A stretch of DNA of 64,000 bases from an uncultured Erysipelotrichaceae bacterium (GCA_964371715.1 CAYJNO010000004.1:27061-91060); one strand, 5' to 3'; counted from the first letter of the stretch, positions 35,845-46,657 are shown. Notes: generated by a model not told the origin, from the letters alone. Program-made: numbers and translations.

Positions 35845-38800
35845 ATGAAGAATAAGTTTAAGAATATTATATTAACGATTTTAATGTTATGCATGTTTAG
35901 TGTGCAATTATATGCAAGTGAGGATACTATTGAGATTGATGATATCTATGAACTAATAGATACAATTAAGTATAATCCTGATGCTAATATATCTATTATA
36001 AAAGATTTAGATTTTTTAGAATATACTACAAAAGAAGTAGCATATGTTTTAAGTGATTTTACAGGGACTATAAATGGTAATAACTATGCGATAAAAAATA
36101 TTAACAGTCCCATATTTAATAACTTAAATAATGCAATAGTAGAAAATTTAATATTAGATAATGTAAATATAAATAACAATAATGTAAATGGTTTATTAGC
36201 TAATAGTGCTACAACATCTATTATAAATAATGTGCATATTATAGATTCAAATGCATATTCTACAAGCGGTAATGGTCTTGGTGGTTTTATAGGTAACATT
36301 ACTGATTCGACAATCACTAATTCAAGTGTAAGTAATACTACAATTATTGGACATCAATTTGTTGGCGGCTTTGTAGGATATACTAATGGTACAAATAACA
36401 TTAGTAATGTTACTATTACTGCTGAGGTTACAGGAAATGGTTGGTCAGTTGGTGGTTTTGTAGGCCGTAATAATGGTTTTTTAAATATATCAAATAGTAT
36501 TATTGCTCCAAACTTTGTACCAACAGGTGGAACAACTGCAAAAGGTGGATTACAAGGACATTCAAATGGAGAAAATCTACTTACTTTAACTAATGTATTT
36601 ATTGCTCCGACAAGTACTAATAATGCAGAATCAAAAAGAATTATAGGTACAGGAAATATTAGTGGTACCAATGTAATTGAATGGGCTGATAGTGCATTAG
36701 TAAAACAAGATTATAGTTGGCTAGCTAGCGAAGATACAGCTAATATTAATGAAACATTCTTTAAAGATACACTAAATTTAACTGAAGATAATTTTAATAT
36801 GGTTGATACATCAATGGATAATCTACCATTTCCTAAATCTTTTAGTATGGTAAATGATTATTTGACAAGACAAGTAAGTGAACCTGAATTTATTAAAACT
36901 GTTGAAGAATTAGACACTGCTATTAAAGCTTCATCAATGTTTGATATGAATGAAGATTATCAAATGTTACTAATGCAAAGAGAATTTGTTAATAATGTAA
37001 GTTATGATTATTTGATGAAGTTTGCTGTACTTAGTGAATCACATTCAAACTTTTTAAAATGGTTATATAATGATTATACTAACTTATATACTTACACAAT
37101 GGGAGGAACACCAGATTATAATAATTATCAAAATGAATTATCAGTTTTAAAAGAATTATATGATGTTTATAAATCAGATTTAGAACTAACTACAATTACT
37201 GAACATGGCAATGTATTAGGTGATGTGTATCGTACAATGTTTTTCTCAATAGGTAAAGCTTATGCAACTCCTGTTAGATTTTGGACAGCATGGGATACGG
37301 TAGATGCAAAAGTAGGGGATAGTAATCATCCATCAACATCAGATCCTGTAGAAAGATATAGTGTTTTTAAAAAGTTATATGAAAACAATCTATTAGGGTA
37401 TCAAGATGAGGAAGAAAACTTTATTCAAAGTAATTTAATGTTTGAAAATTTAGAAGTTGAAGAAATGCGTTATGTTGTTAGTGCTCATATGGATGATGCT
37501 TCTTTAGAATGGTTAAACTGGTATATTGAAAGTGATTTAGCAAAAACAAATCATCCAAAATGGAATAATTCATTAGAAAGTAGAAGAAACCCATATACAT
37601 ATATGGATTATTCATATGGTTTTAAATATAACGATGAATATTATGCAGATCCAGATAACTATCCAATGTTTGATGCAAAATACAATTTATCATCATTTGG
37701 TCTAGATAATCTTGTAAGTGAGAGTCCAAAACATTATGTTATTTTTAATGAAGCTGGTATTTGTTGGGGGATTTCTAAAGTTGGAGCTGATATTTGGAAT
37801 GCACTTGGAGTTCCTTCAAATGCTGTAAGTCAACCAGGACATTTAGCTTATATTTATTCTTCATATGATGATGATAATGATTTAATGTATTGGGGTAATA
37901 TTGGTAATGCAATATCAAATTGGGCTACTACAGGAGATGGTGGACCAACAGCTAAAGCTGATAAGTTCTATATTAGAATGCCTTTAACATGGGGTGATGA
38001 TTCATCAGCTACTGGATATAATGCATCATACTTAGCACTGTCACAAGAAGCAATTAATAATTTTGATACATATACAAGTTCACAAATGGTATTATTGTTA
38101 GAAAAAACATATAGTGATAATAATGAATCATTAGAAACTATATATAAAAAAGCGATTGAATTAAATTCAAGAGATTATGATGCATGGCTAAAATTGACTA
38201 AACTGTATGCTAATGATATGGATAAAACAAATGATGAATTAATAGAACACTTAACTAAATTATCAACTGCTTTAAATAATGCACCATTACCAATGTTTGA
38301 TTTATTTAATATAATCAAACCACGTTTAGATGGTGATGCATTAAACTTAACTAGATTTAATTTGATGTTAGAGCAAAATTTAAATAATGATTTAAATGCA
38401 ACTATTGAAGATTCATTAGATTATAATATGATTACTCAAACAGCTAATTATCTATTGGGTAATACTAATAATGATATTGCTACATTCTCATTTAGTGGTG
38501 ATTTAGAAAATACAATTATATTATCTGAAGATGTCTTTGGTACTAATGATGTAGTTTGGGATTATTCATTAGATGGTGGTAAAACATGGACGCAAGTTGA
38601 ATCTAATCAAATAGAATTATCACAAGAAGAAATTGCTAAAGTGAGTGTAGAATTAGATATATTAGTTCATATCATTGGTGTTAATTATAATCCTGAGAAT
38701 ATCTTTACAATTGATATATTAAAAGCTCCAATACTTTCTAATATGCATGCTAATGATTTAGAAAATAGAGTTTATAAAACTGATTTACCATTAGAATGGT

Positions 38801-41800
38801 ATGATGAAGTAAATGGTGAATGGACAGATATATTAGAAGATACAAGATTTATAGGTGATGTGAGCATTGATATTAGATTAAAAGCAGATGGTGTAACACT
38901 AGCAGGTGATCCTACTCAATATATATTTACATTAGATAATCAACCAGATAATCGTAAATATCTTACAATAAATAATATTAATCTTGTTAGTTCAACTGCT
39001 CCATATAATGAAAATAAATCAGGTTTAAACATGATTGATGGATATAATGGTACTAATTTTTATTCTACAGTTGCAGGTGATAAAGAAATAGTATATTCAT
39101 TTGATTCTCCGATAAAATTATCAGCAATAGAGTATGTACCATATGGTGGTAATATTGGACGTATATTAGATATGGTAATCTATGGTAGTGTTGAAGGTGA
39201 AACATATTTTGAATTATATAGAGTTGAAAATTTAGAAAATAATACATCAATAAAAGCTTTTGAAATTGATACTCCAACAGAAGTTCAATTTGTTAAATTT
39301 AGCGTAACAAGAACTAACGATGGTAGTTTAACAGGCACAATGCTTAATTTTTATCATGATATTGGTGAATCTATTGATTTAGATCAACTTATTAATAAAA
39401 TAGATGAGGCAACGACAACATTAAATAGCAGTGATTATAATAAAACTAATGCAGCCAAAGAAGCATTTAAAGTAGAAATAAATAATGCTAGAGATGTATT
39501 AAATAATCCTAATTCTACACAAAGTGAAGTAGATAATGCTGTAATTACGTTAACAGGTTCAATCAGTACATTTATTGATTCAAAAGATGCAGCATTTAAA
39601 AATGTACTAATTGATGAAATCAATAAAGCTAAAGAAACTTTAAATAATATTACATATGATAAAGAACAAAGTGCTAAAGATGCTTTATCTTTAGTAATAG
39701 CTAATGCAACAGATATTTTAAACAATGATGATGCAACTCAAGCTAATGTTGATGAAATGGTCATTAATTTATCAAATGCTATTACAACATATATTGAATC
39801 AAAAGATGTTGTACATAAAGAAGAATTAAGAGATAAAATAACTGAAGCAACTAATACTTTAAACAGTACAGATTATGATAAAGAGCAAAGTGCTAAAGAT
39901 GCATTTAATCTAGCAATAACAAATGCAACAAATGTCTTAGATAATGTTGATGCTTTACAAAGTGATGTTGATAGTGCTTTAGAAGCTTTAACAAGTGCGA
40001 TTACTACGTATATTGAATCAAAAGATGTAGTACGAAAAGAAGCTTTAAATGACAAGATAAATGAGGCGACAGAAATTTTAAATAATCCTGATATTAGTAA
40101 AGAAGAAAGTGCAAAAAATGATTTTATTTTAGCAATAACAAATGCAACAAATGTCTTTAATAATGCTGATGCTTTACAAAGTGAAGTTGATGATGCTTTA
40201 GCTACATTGATACTAGCAGTAAATACATATATTAATTCAACAGATTTAATTGATAGTGAATTAGCTAATGTTATTGAAAATGCAAAAGACACATTAAATA
40301 ATGATCTGTATGATAAAACACAAAGTGCTAAAGATACTTTAGATGCTGCAATTAATACGGCTGTAAGTATTTTAGAAAATCCTGATTCAACTGATGAAGA
40401 AATTATTAATGCTAAAGAAACATTAACAAATGCTATTAATGCATATATATCATCAAAAGATGTGGTTTATAAAGAAGAATTAACAACAAAGATTGATGAG
40501 GCAATCAATGTTTTAAATAGTGAAGACTATCATAAAGAACAAAGTGCAGTTGATGGCTTAAATCAAGCAATAACAAACGCAACCAATGTCTTAAATAATG
40601 AAGATGCACTTCAAAGTGAAGTAGACAGTGCTACTGCAATATTAGCAGCGTCTATTACAACATATATTAATTCTAAAGATGTTGTCATTAAAGATGATCT
40701 AACAGCTAAAATTGAAGAAGCTAAAGCAACATTAAATAGTAGTGAATATAATAAAGAACAAAGTGCAATTGATGCCTTAAATCAAACAATAACAAATGCA
40801 ACAAATGTGTTGAATGATGCTGATGCAACACAAAGTGAAGTTGATAATGCATTAGCTGCTTTAACAAATTCAATCACTACATTTATTGAATCAAATGAAG
40901 TAATTGAATTTGAAGCACTTGAAACTAAAATTGAAACTGCAAAAAATACTTTAACAAGTTTAGCTTCACAAAAACCACAAGCTACAGAAAATACTTTAAG
41001 TACTGCAATTAATAATGCTATAGACATTTTAAATAATGCTACTAATCAAAGTGAAGTAGATAATGCTATTAGTGCATTAAATACAGCAATTGATAATTAT
41101 ATCAATAGTGATAATATTGCGTTAGATAATAGTGCATTAAAAGATTTGATTAATAATGCTACAACAGCTTTAAATAGTGATGAGTACAAAAAAGAGCAAA
41201 GTGCAATTAATGCATTAAACACAGCTATTAGCAATGCATTAGCAGTATTTAATAATAAAGAAGCAACACAAGTTGAAGTTGATTTAGCAAGTTCACATTT
41301 AAAGCAAGCTATCGATACATTTATTAATTCACCAAATTTAAGTGTTAATACAACTAACTTAAGTCAAAAAATTAATGATGCTATAAACACTTTAAATAAC
41401 AGTTCATATAATAAAGTTACAAGTGCAAAAAATGAATTAAGTACAGCTATTGAAAATGCTAAAAATATCTTAAATGATTCTAGTTCTTCACAAGATTTGA
41501 TTGATGAGGCTTATAAGATGTTAAATGATGCAGTTATGAAGTATATCTTAGCTGACAATAACGTTAATGAACCAACTGTTGATGAAGTAGAAAAAGATGA
41601 AGTAAAAGAAGATATTAATGAAGAAAATGTAGTAGAAGATAAATTAAATATTGAAATTGAATCAGACATTGAATTTAATATTGATAATGAAGAATTAGAA
41701 TACATCTTTAAAGATTATTCAAATATTAAATTAACGATTATTAATCAAGACTTAGATACAAATGAAAATGATAAAGAAATTATCAATGCATTTATTTCTA

Positions 41801-42225
41801 ATAATGAAGAAAACTTTAATATAATTTCAAGTTATGATATTTATTTTGAATCAATTGATGCAAATGGAAATACATACATTGAAAAATTAGATGAAAAAAT
41901 TAGAATTACAATTGATATCCCAGATGGCTACGATACTAATAAAAAATATGCTATGTTAAGACTTCATAATGATGAAGTTACTATGTTATTAGATCTTGAT
42001 AATAATGATAAAACAATTACTATTGAAACTGATTGCTTCTCTACTTATGTTTTAATTGAACAAGAAGTAGTTGAAGAAGAAGCAAGTGAAGATTTAGATT
42101 TAGATGAAACTAATGAAAATACAAGTGATAATAGCTCATCAAGTTCAAATATGATGTATTTAGTATATTTATTTGCGCTTGTTATAGTTATTGTTGTAAT
42201 TGTGAGAGTGTTAAAGAAAAGATAA
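35845..42225 (+). CDS. Giant (2126 aa) surface protein: GLUG-type repeats, papain/transglutaminase-like Cys-His region, F5/8 type C (discoidin) domain, 10 FIVAR repeats, C-terminal TM anchor
   Basis: A signal peptide is present. GLUG-like motifs: GLGGFIGN, FVGGFVGY, SVGGFVGRN. The candidate Cys/His pair is EAGICWGISK...QPGHLAYIY. The discoidin-like segment runs LNMIDGYNGTNFYS...VQFVKFSV. Ten ~72-aa repeats follow. The C-terminal helix plus LKKR has no LPxTG. Confidence 0.85.
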   Translation: MKNKFKNIILTILMLCMFSVQLYASEDTIEIDDIYELIDTIKYNPDANISIIKDLDFLEYTTKEVAYVLSDFTGTINGNNYAIKNINSPIFNNLNNAIVENLILDNVNINNNNVNGLLANSATTSIINNVHIIDSNAYSTSGNGLGGFIGNITDSTITNSSVSNTTIIGHQFVGGFVGYTNGTNNISNVTITAEVTGNGWSVGGFVGRNNGFLNISNSIIAPNFVPTGGTTAKGGLQGHSNGENLLTLTNVFIAPTSTNNAESKRIIGTGNISGTNVIEWADSALVKQDYSWLASEDTANINETFFKDTLNLTEDNFNMVDTSMDNLPFPKSFSMVNDYLTRQVSEPEFIKTVEELDTAIKASSMFDMNEDYQMLLMQREFVNNVSYDYLMKFAVLSESHSNFLKWLYNDYTNLYTYTMGGTPDYNNYQNELSVLKELYDVYKSDLELTTITEHGNVLGDVYRTMFFSIGKAYATPVRFWTAWDTVDAKVGDSNHPSTSDPVERYSVFKKLYENNLLGYQDEEENFIQSNLMFENLEVEEMRYVVSAHMDDASLEWLNWYIESDLAKTNHPKWNNSLESRRNPYTYMDYSYGFKYNDEYYADPDNYPMFDAKYNLSSFGLDNLVSESPKHYVIFNEAGICWGISKVGADIWNALGVPSNAVSQPGHLAYIYSSYDDDNDLMYWGNIGNAISNWATTGDGGPTAKADKFYIRMPLTWGDDSSATGYNASYLALSQEAINNFDTYTSSQMVLLLEKTYSDNNESLETIYKKAIELNSRDYDAWLKLTKLYANDMDKTNDELIEHLTKLSTALNNAPLPMFDLFNIIKPRLDGDALNLTRFNLMLEQNLNNDLNATIEDSLDYNMITQTANYLLGNTNNDIATFSFSGDLENTIILSEDVFGTNDVVWDYSLDGGKTWTQVESNQIELSQEEIAKVSVELDILVHIIGVNYNPENIFTIDILKAPILSNMHANDLENRVYKTDLPLEWYDEVNGEWTDILEDTRFIGDVSIDIRLKADGVTLAGDPTQYIFTLDNQPDNRKYLTINNINLVSSTAPYNENKSGLNMIDGYNGTNFYSTVAGDKEIVYSFDSPIKLSAIEYVPYGGNIGRILDMVIYGSVEGETYFELYRVENLENNTSIKAFEIDTPTEVQFVKFSVTRTNDGSLTGTMLNFYHDIGESIDLDQLINKIDEATTTLNSSDYNKTNAAKEAFKVEINNARDVLNNPNSTQSEVDNAVITLTGSISTFIDSKDAAFKNVLIDEINKAKETLNNITYDKEQSAKDALSLVIANATDILNNDDATQANVDEMVINLSNAITTYIESKDVVHKEELRDKITEATNTLNSTDYDKEQSAKDAFNLAITNATNVLDNVDALQSDVDSALEALTSAITTYIESKDVVRKEALNDKINEATEILNNPDISKEESAKNDFILAITNATNVFNNADALQSEVDDALATLILAVNTYINSTDLIDSELANVIENAKDTLNNDLYDKTQSAKDTLDAAINTAVSILENPDSTDEEIINAKETLTNAINAYISSKDVVYKEELTTKIDEAINVLNSEDYHKEQSAVDGLNQAITNATNVLNNEDALQSEVDSATAILAASITTYINSKDVVIKDDLTAKIEEAKATLNSSEYNKEQSAIDALNQTITNATNVLNDADATQSEVDNALAALTNSITTFIESNEVIEFEALETKIETAKNTLTSLASQKPQATENTLSTAINNAIDILNNATNQSEVDNAISALNTAIDNYINSDNIALDNSALKDLINNATTALNSDEYKKEQSAINALNTAISNALAVFNNKEATQVEVDLASSHLKQAIDTFINSPNLSVNTTNLSQKINDAINTLNNSSYNKVTSAKNELSTAIENAKNILNDSSSSQDLIDEAYKMLNDAVMKYILADNNVNEPTVDEVEKDEVKEDINEENVVEDKLNIEIESDIEFNIDNEELEYIFKDYSNIKLTIINQDLDTNENDKEIINAFISNNEENFNIISSYDIYFESIDANGNTYIEKLDEKIRITIDIPDGYDTNKKYAMLRLHNDEVTMLLDLDNNDKTITIETDCFSTYVLIEQEVVEEEASEDLDLDETNENTSDNSSSSSNMMYLVYLFALVIVIVVIVRVLKKR
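39373..41565 (+). repeat. Ten in-frame ~216-219-nt tandem repeats encoding FIVAR-type three-helix modules
   Basis: The repeated pattern is ...LNSxDYxKEQSAKDALxxAIxNATNVLNNxDAxQSEVDxAxxxLxxAIxTYIxSKD. The copies have diverged at the DNA level. Confidence 0.85.
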
Positions 42226-42248
42226 TTAATTAAAATTTAAATTTTGTA

Positions 42249-42276
42249 TTGACTTACATTAATTTATCAATATAAT
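42249..42276 (+). promoter_or_regulatory. Sigma-A promoter of the PTS operon
   Basis: TTGACT (42249-42254), 16 nt, then TATAAT (42271-42276). Confidence 0.6.
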
Positions 42277-42285
42277 TTAAGTATA

Positions 42286-42349
42286 ACGTGTTACTGATAA
42301 GCAGGCATGAGTTAACTATTAAGATTTTTATAGTGACTCATGCCTTTTA
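42286..42349 (+). promoter_or_regulatory. RAT (ribonucleic antiterminator) element overlapping a terminator, copy 1
   Basis: AACGTGTTACTGATAAGCAGGCATGAG matches the BglG/LicT RAT consensus (GGATTGTTACTG...CAGGCAAAACC). It overlaps the 5' arm of the terminator AGGCATGAGT...ACTCATGCCT followed by TTTTAT. Confidence 0.75.
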
Positions 42350-42366
42350 TATTAAAGGAGAAGAAG

Positions 42367-42834
42367 ATGTTTTTTAATAAAGACAAAAAAATAACTGCAG
42401 CAGTTGAAGGAATTGCAATAGATATTAAAGATGTAAAGGATGATATGTTTGCTAATGAATTAATGGGTTTAGGCTTAGCTATTACACCAACTAGTACAAC
42501 TATTTGTGCTCCGGTTGATGGAGAAATCACTTTATTTGCTAGTACAAAACATGCCTTTGGATTAAAAACAAAAGATGATTTAGAAGTGTTAGTCCATTTA
42601 GGTGTTGATACAGTAAAATATGAAGGAAAAGGTTTTACAAAACACTTAGATGAGGGCGCTAAAGTAAAAGCAGGACAACCAATAGTTGAATATGATTATG
42701 AATTCTTTAAAAATGAAGGTTTAGATATTAGTGTAATGACTATCTTATTAAATCATACTGAATATACAATTAATGATATTGTAAAAAGTGGTAATGTTTC
42801 TACAAAAGATGTAGTTGCAAACTACAAGAAGTAA
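42367..42834 (+). CDS. PTS EIIA component, glucose family
   Basis: The preferred start is ATG 42367 after AAAGGAG; the track start 42340 lies inside the terminator stem. Phosphorylation-site region: HAFGLKT...VLVHLGVDTV. Confidence 0.85.
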   Translation: MFFNKDKKITAAVEGIAIDIKDVKDDMFANELMGLGLAITPTSTTICAPVDGEITLFASTKHAFGLKTKDDLEVLVHLGVDTVKYEGKGFTKHLDEGAKVKAGQPIVEYDYEFFKNEGLDISVMTILLNHTEYTINDIVKSGNVSTKDVVANYKK

Positions 42835-42838
42835 AATT

Positions 42839-43666
42839 ATGAAGATTGTAAAAGTCTTCAATAATAATGCAGTAGCTGTAATTACTGATGAAAATAAAGA
42901 GGCAGTTGCTTTAGGTTCAGGGATTGGATTTGGAAAAAAAGTAGAGGATATTATTGATACAACAAAGGTTGAAAAGATCTATTATATTCAAGATGATTTA
43001 CAAACAAAATTCTTAGAATTATTAAAAGATACTAATCTAAAGTACTTAGAACTAGCAGAAGAGGTTTGTAATAAAGCCAATGCTGTTGGAATTAAAATGC
43101 AACATGGTTCAATAGTAGCACTGGCAGATCATATAAGCTTTGCATTGACAAGAGCTAGTAATAATATAACACTACCAAATTTAATAGTTGATGAATTAAA
43201 AGTATTATATAAAACAGAATTTGACTTAGGTTTAGAAATGCTAGATCTAATAAAAGATAAAACAGGTATCTTATTACCAAATGATGAAGCAGGTTATATA
43301 GCTTTACATATTATTCAAGCAAGTGGAGAAATTACAGCTGATGCTACATTAAAAGTAGTTGATTTTGTAAAAGTATCTATTAACTTAATTGAAGATGTCT
43401 ATCAATTAAAGTTTAAAGAAAATGACTTTTATTACTTAAGATTAACGACTCATTTAAAGTTTTTAGCTTTAAGAGTCATGAATAAAGAAAAACAAGCTTT
43501 AGATGTAGATGTAGAAATGTTAAACTTCTTCTTTACATCTAACAAATTACATAAAGTCTTTGCTGAAAGGTTTTATGAAGAAATATTGATTAAGTTTAAT
43601 CAAAAAATAAATAAGGAAGAAATCTTATTTATCATTATCCATATTACTAAATTTCTAAAAAAATAA
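42839..43666 (+). CDS. licT: BglG/LicT-family transcription antiterminator (CAT domain plus two PRDs)
   Basis: The preferred start is ATG 42839 (MKIVKVFNNNAV is the canonical CAT N-terminus). PRD histidines occur in ALADHISFAL and YIALHI. RAT sites flank the gene. Confidence 0.85.
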   Translation: MKIVKVFNNNAVAVITDENKEAVALGSGIGFGKKVEDIIDTTKVEKIYYIQDDLQTKFLELLKDTNLKYLELAEEVCNKANAVGIKMQHGSIVALADHISFALTRASNNITLPNLIVDELKVLYKTEFDLGLEMLDLIKDKTGILLPNDEAGYIALHIIQASGEITADATLKVVDFVKVSINLIEDVYQLKFKENDFYYLRLTTHLKFLALRVMNKEKQALDVDVEMLNFFFTSNKLHKVFAERFYEEILIKFNQKINKEEILFIIIHITKFLKK

Positions 43667-43667
43667 T

Positions 43668-43724
43668 AGGATTGTTACTGTGTTCAGGCAAGACCGAAAA
43701 ATAGAAATATTTTTTGGTCTTTTT
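43668..43724 (+). promoter_or_regulatory. RAT element overlapping a terminator, copy 2
   Basis: GGATTGTTACTGTGTTCAGGCAAGACC is the RAT. It overlaps the terminator AAGACCGAAAAAT...ATTTTTTGGTCTT followed by TTTT. Confidence 0.8.
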
Positions 43725-43748
43725 TGATATAAAAAGAGGAGAAATGAA

Positions 43749-45305
43749 ATGAAAAATTTTAAAGGAGCTTTAGAAAAATTCGCTAAAGTCATGGTTCAAC
43801 CATTAATGTATTTATCAGTTGCTGGTTTATTAATGGTATTTGGAGTATTATTTACAAATGATACAGTGAAAGGATTATTACCATTTTTAAATTGGTATCC
43901 AATTCAATTAATTGCAAACTTAATTTATAATGCAATTTTTGCGTTAATTAATAATTTAAGTGTTGTATTTGCTGTTGGTATTGCGGCAGCTTTAGCTAAA
44001 AAAGATAAGCATCAAGCTGCTATTATTGGTTTATTATCATATTTAATGTATTTAACAGTATCTAAAACTGTACTTGAAATGTCTGGAAATTTAGCGGTTG
44101 CAGATCCAATGTTTGGTTTAATGGGAACTGGACAATCAGAAATTTTAGGTATCCAAAACGTAGACATGAATGTATTTGGTGGTATTATTGTTGGTTTTTT
44201 AACAGGTTATGTATTTAATAAAACTTGTAATAAAAGATTTAAAGGGGCAATGCAAATCTATTCGGGTCCTAACTTCTCATTTGCAGTTATGATCTTTGTA
44301 ATGATTGGTTTTGGTTTAGTATCTACTTATTTATGGCCATATGCTCAACAAGCAATTTCAGCTTTAACTACATATATTAAAAATTCAGGTGAATTTGGTT
44401 TATTCTTATATGGTTTCTTAGATCGTTTATTATTACCAACAGGATTACATCATTTAGTTTATATGCCATTTATGTTTACTGATGTTGGAGGAGTATTACA
44501 ACTTGGAGATACTACAATAGCTGGTGCATATCCAATTATGGCAACAGAAATTCAAATGGGTGTAGAGCAATTCTCAAGCTCAATTTATTATATGGCTAAT
44601 GGATTCACTAAAATGTTTGGTTATATTGGTATTGGTGCTGCATTTATCTTTACTGCTAAAAAAGAAAATAAAGCAAAAACTAAAGCATTATTAATTCCAT
44701 TAATTGTTACTGCATGTGTTGCATCAATTACAGAACCAATTGACTTTATGTTTGCATTTGTTGCACCATTATTATATTTAGTACATTCAATTATTGCCGG
44801 TTTATTTATCGCTTTATTATCTATATTTGAAGTAACAGCAGTAAGTGGTAACTTAATCACATCTTCAATTACAAATGTTGTATTAGGTGCCGAATTAACA
44901 AACTACCCAATGTTCTTCTTACTTGGAGCAATTCAAATCGTTTTATACTTTGTTGTGTTTACAGCATTAATTAAAATTTTCAAATTTAAAACACCTGGTC
45001 GTGAAGATGATACAAATGTAACAGAAAATAAAGAAGAAAAAACAACAACAGTTGATATTAAAGAAGAAGATATTAAAACATTAGTTGAAGGTCTTGGTGG
45101 TAAAGCTAATATTAATTCAGTAGAAAATTGTTTTACAAGACTAAGAGTAAATGTAAAAGATGTATCATTATTAGATGATAATAAAATAAATACAGTTAAA
45201 AACAGTGGAATTGTAAAAAAAGATAATGATATTCAAGTAATTATTGGTTTACAAGTATCAGATGTAAGAGCTGCAGTTGAAACAGTATTAAATAAAGGAG
45301 AATAA
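43749..45305 (+). CDS. PTS EIICB component, glucose/alpha-glucoside family
   Basis: A multi-TM EIIC domain with LPTGLHH is followed by a C-terminal EIIB domain with the phospho-Cys motif NCFTRLRV. Confidence 0.85.
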   Translation: MKNFKGALEKFAKVMVQPLMYLSVAGLLMVFGVLFTNDTVKGLLPFLNWYPIQLIANLIYNAIFALINNLSVVFAVGIAAALAKKDKHQAAIIGLLSYLMYLTVSKTVLEMSGNLAVADPMFGLMGTGQSEILGIQNVDMNVFGGIIVGFLTGYVFNKTCNKRFKGAMQIYSGPNFSFAVMIFVMIGFGLVSTYLWPYAQQAISALTTYIKNSGEFGLFLYGFLDRLLLPTGLHHLVYMPFMFTDVGGVLQLGDTTIAGAYPIMATEIQMGVEQFSSSIYYMANGFTKMFGYIGIGAAFIFTAKKENKAKTKALLIPLIVTACVASITEPIDFMFAFVAPLLYLVHSIIAGLFIALLSIFEVTAVSGNLITSSITNVVLGAELTNYPMFFLLGAIQIVLYFVVFTALIKIFKFKTPGREDDTNVTENKEEKTTTVDIKEEDIKTLVEGLGGKANINSVENCFTRLRVNVKDVSLLDDNKINTVKNSGIVKKDNDIQVIIGLQVSDVRAAVETVLNKGE

Positions 45306-45307
45306 GC

Positions 45308-46657
45308 ATGATTATAACTTTAGTAGGTGGAGGAAGTACTTTTACTCCAGGTATTGTTAAATCAATCGTACAAAGAGAAAAAGAACTTGGAGTTAAAGAA
45401 GTTCGTTTATTTGATATAAATAAAGAAAGACAAGATAAAGTAGCAGTTATTGTAAAATGGATCATTGAAAATCAATTAAAAAGTAGTGTTAAATTAACAG
45501 TAACTAATGATCCTAAAGAAGCATATACAGGAGCTAAATTTATCTTCTCACAAATGCGTGTTGGTGGATATAAGATGCGCGAACTTGATGAAAAGATACC
45601 ATTAAAACATGGATGTGTTGGACAAGAAACATGTGGACCTGGAGGTCTTGCATATGGAATGAGAACATTAAATCCAATGATAAATTTAATTGATGAAGTT
45701 GAAAAGTATGCTGACCCAGAACATTGGATCTTAAATTATTCAAACCCAGCATCAATTGTTTCTGAAGGATGTAGATTATTAAGACCGAATGCTAGAATAA
45801 TTAATATTTGTGATATGCCAATTGCTATTATTGCAATTATTGGTCAATGTTTAGATATTAAAGATCATAATGCAATTGATTATGATTACTTTGGATTAAA
45901 CCATTTTGGATGGTTTACTAAAATGTCATATGAAGGTAGAGATATTTTAAAAGAAATTAAAGAATATATTAAAGAAAATAAAATATTATTACCAAAATCA
46001 GTTATTGATAGAATTAATGATCCAACTAACGTTAATAGACATGCTAATCAATCATGGATACATGTATGGACTGCTGTATATGAAATGATGGAATTATTCC
46101 CAGAGTATTTACCAAATACTTATATGAATTACTATTTATTATCTAAAGAAGCGGTAGAACATAGTGATATCAATAAAACACGTGCAAATGAAGTAATGAA
46201 TGGTAGAGAAAGTGATTTGTTTAAAGGTATTGATAAATATTTAGAAACTGGTGAAGTAGATCCTAAAACATTCTATGCAGGAGATCATGGTGATTGGATA
46301 GCTGATCTTGCTATTGCAATCAAAAATGATACAAAACGTAAATACTTAGTAATTGTACCAAATAATGGAACATTACCAAATATTGCTGATGATGTAATGG
46401 TAGAAGTACCAGCATATCTAGGCAAAAATGGCCCAGAGGTTATCAAACAAGAAGCAGTACAAACTTTCTATCAAACTTTAATTTCACAACAAGCAAATAG
46501 TGAAAAATTATTAATTGAAGGTATGGTAGAACAAAGCTATCAAAAAGTATTACAAGCATTCACTTTAAATCGTACAATTCCAAGTGCAAAAGTTGCAAAA
46601 GAATTATTAGATGACTTAATTGAAGCAAATAAAGATTACTGGCCAGAATTAAGATAA
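45308..46657 (+). CDS. GH4 6-phospho-alpha-glucosidase (GlvA/MalH-like)
   Basis: The N-terminal NAD-binding motif is ITLVGGGSTFTPGIV (the GGGSTFTPG form is typical of GlvA/AglB). GH4 core: NYSNPASIV and INICDMP. The gene is 2 nt downstream of the EIICB gene. Confidence 0.8.
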   Translation: MIITLVGGGSTFTPGIVKSIVQREKELGVKEVRLFDINKERQDKVAVIVKWIIENQLKSSVKLTVTNDPKEAYTGAKFIFSQMRVGGYKMRELDEKIPLKHGCVGQETCGPGGLAYGMRTLNPMINLIDEVEKYADPEHWILNYSNPASIVSEGCRLLRPNARIINICDMPIAIIAIIGQCLDIKDHNAIDYDYFGLNHFGWFTKMSYEGRDILKEIKEYIKENKILLPKSVIDRINDPTNVNRHANQSWIHVWTAVYEMMELFPEYLPNTYMNYYLLSKEAVEHSDINKTRANEVMNGRESDLFKGIDKYLETGEVDPKTFYAGDHGDWIADLAIAIKNDTKRKYLVIVPNNGTLPNIADDVMVEVPAYLGKNGPEVIKQEAVQTFYQTLISQQANSEKLLIEGMVEQSYQKVLQAFTLNRTIPSAKVAKELLDDLIEANKDYWPELR

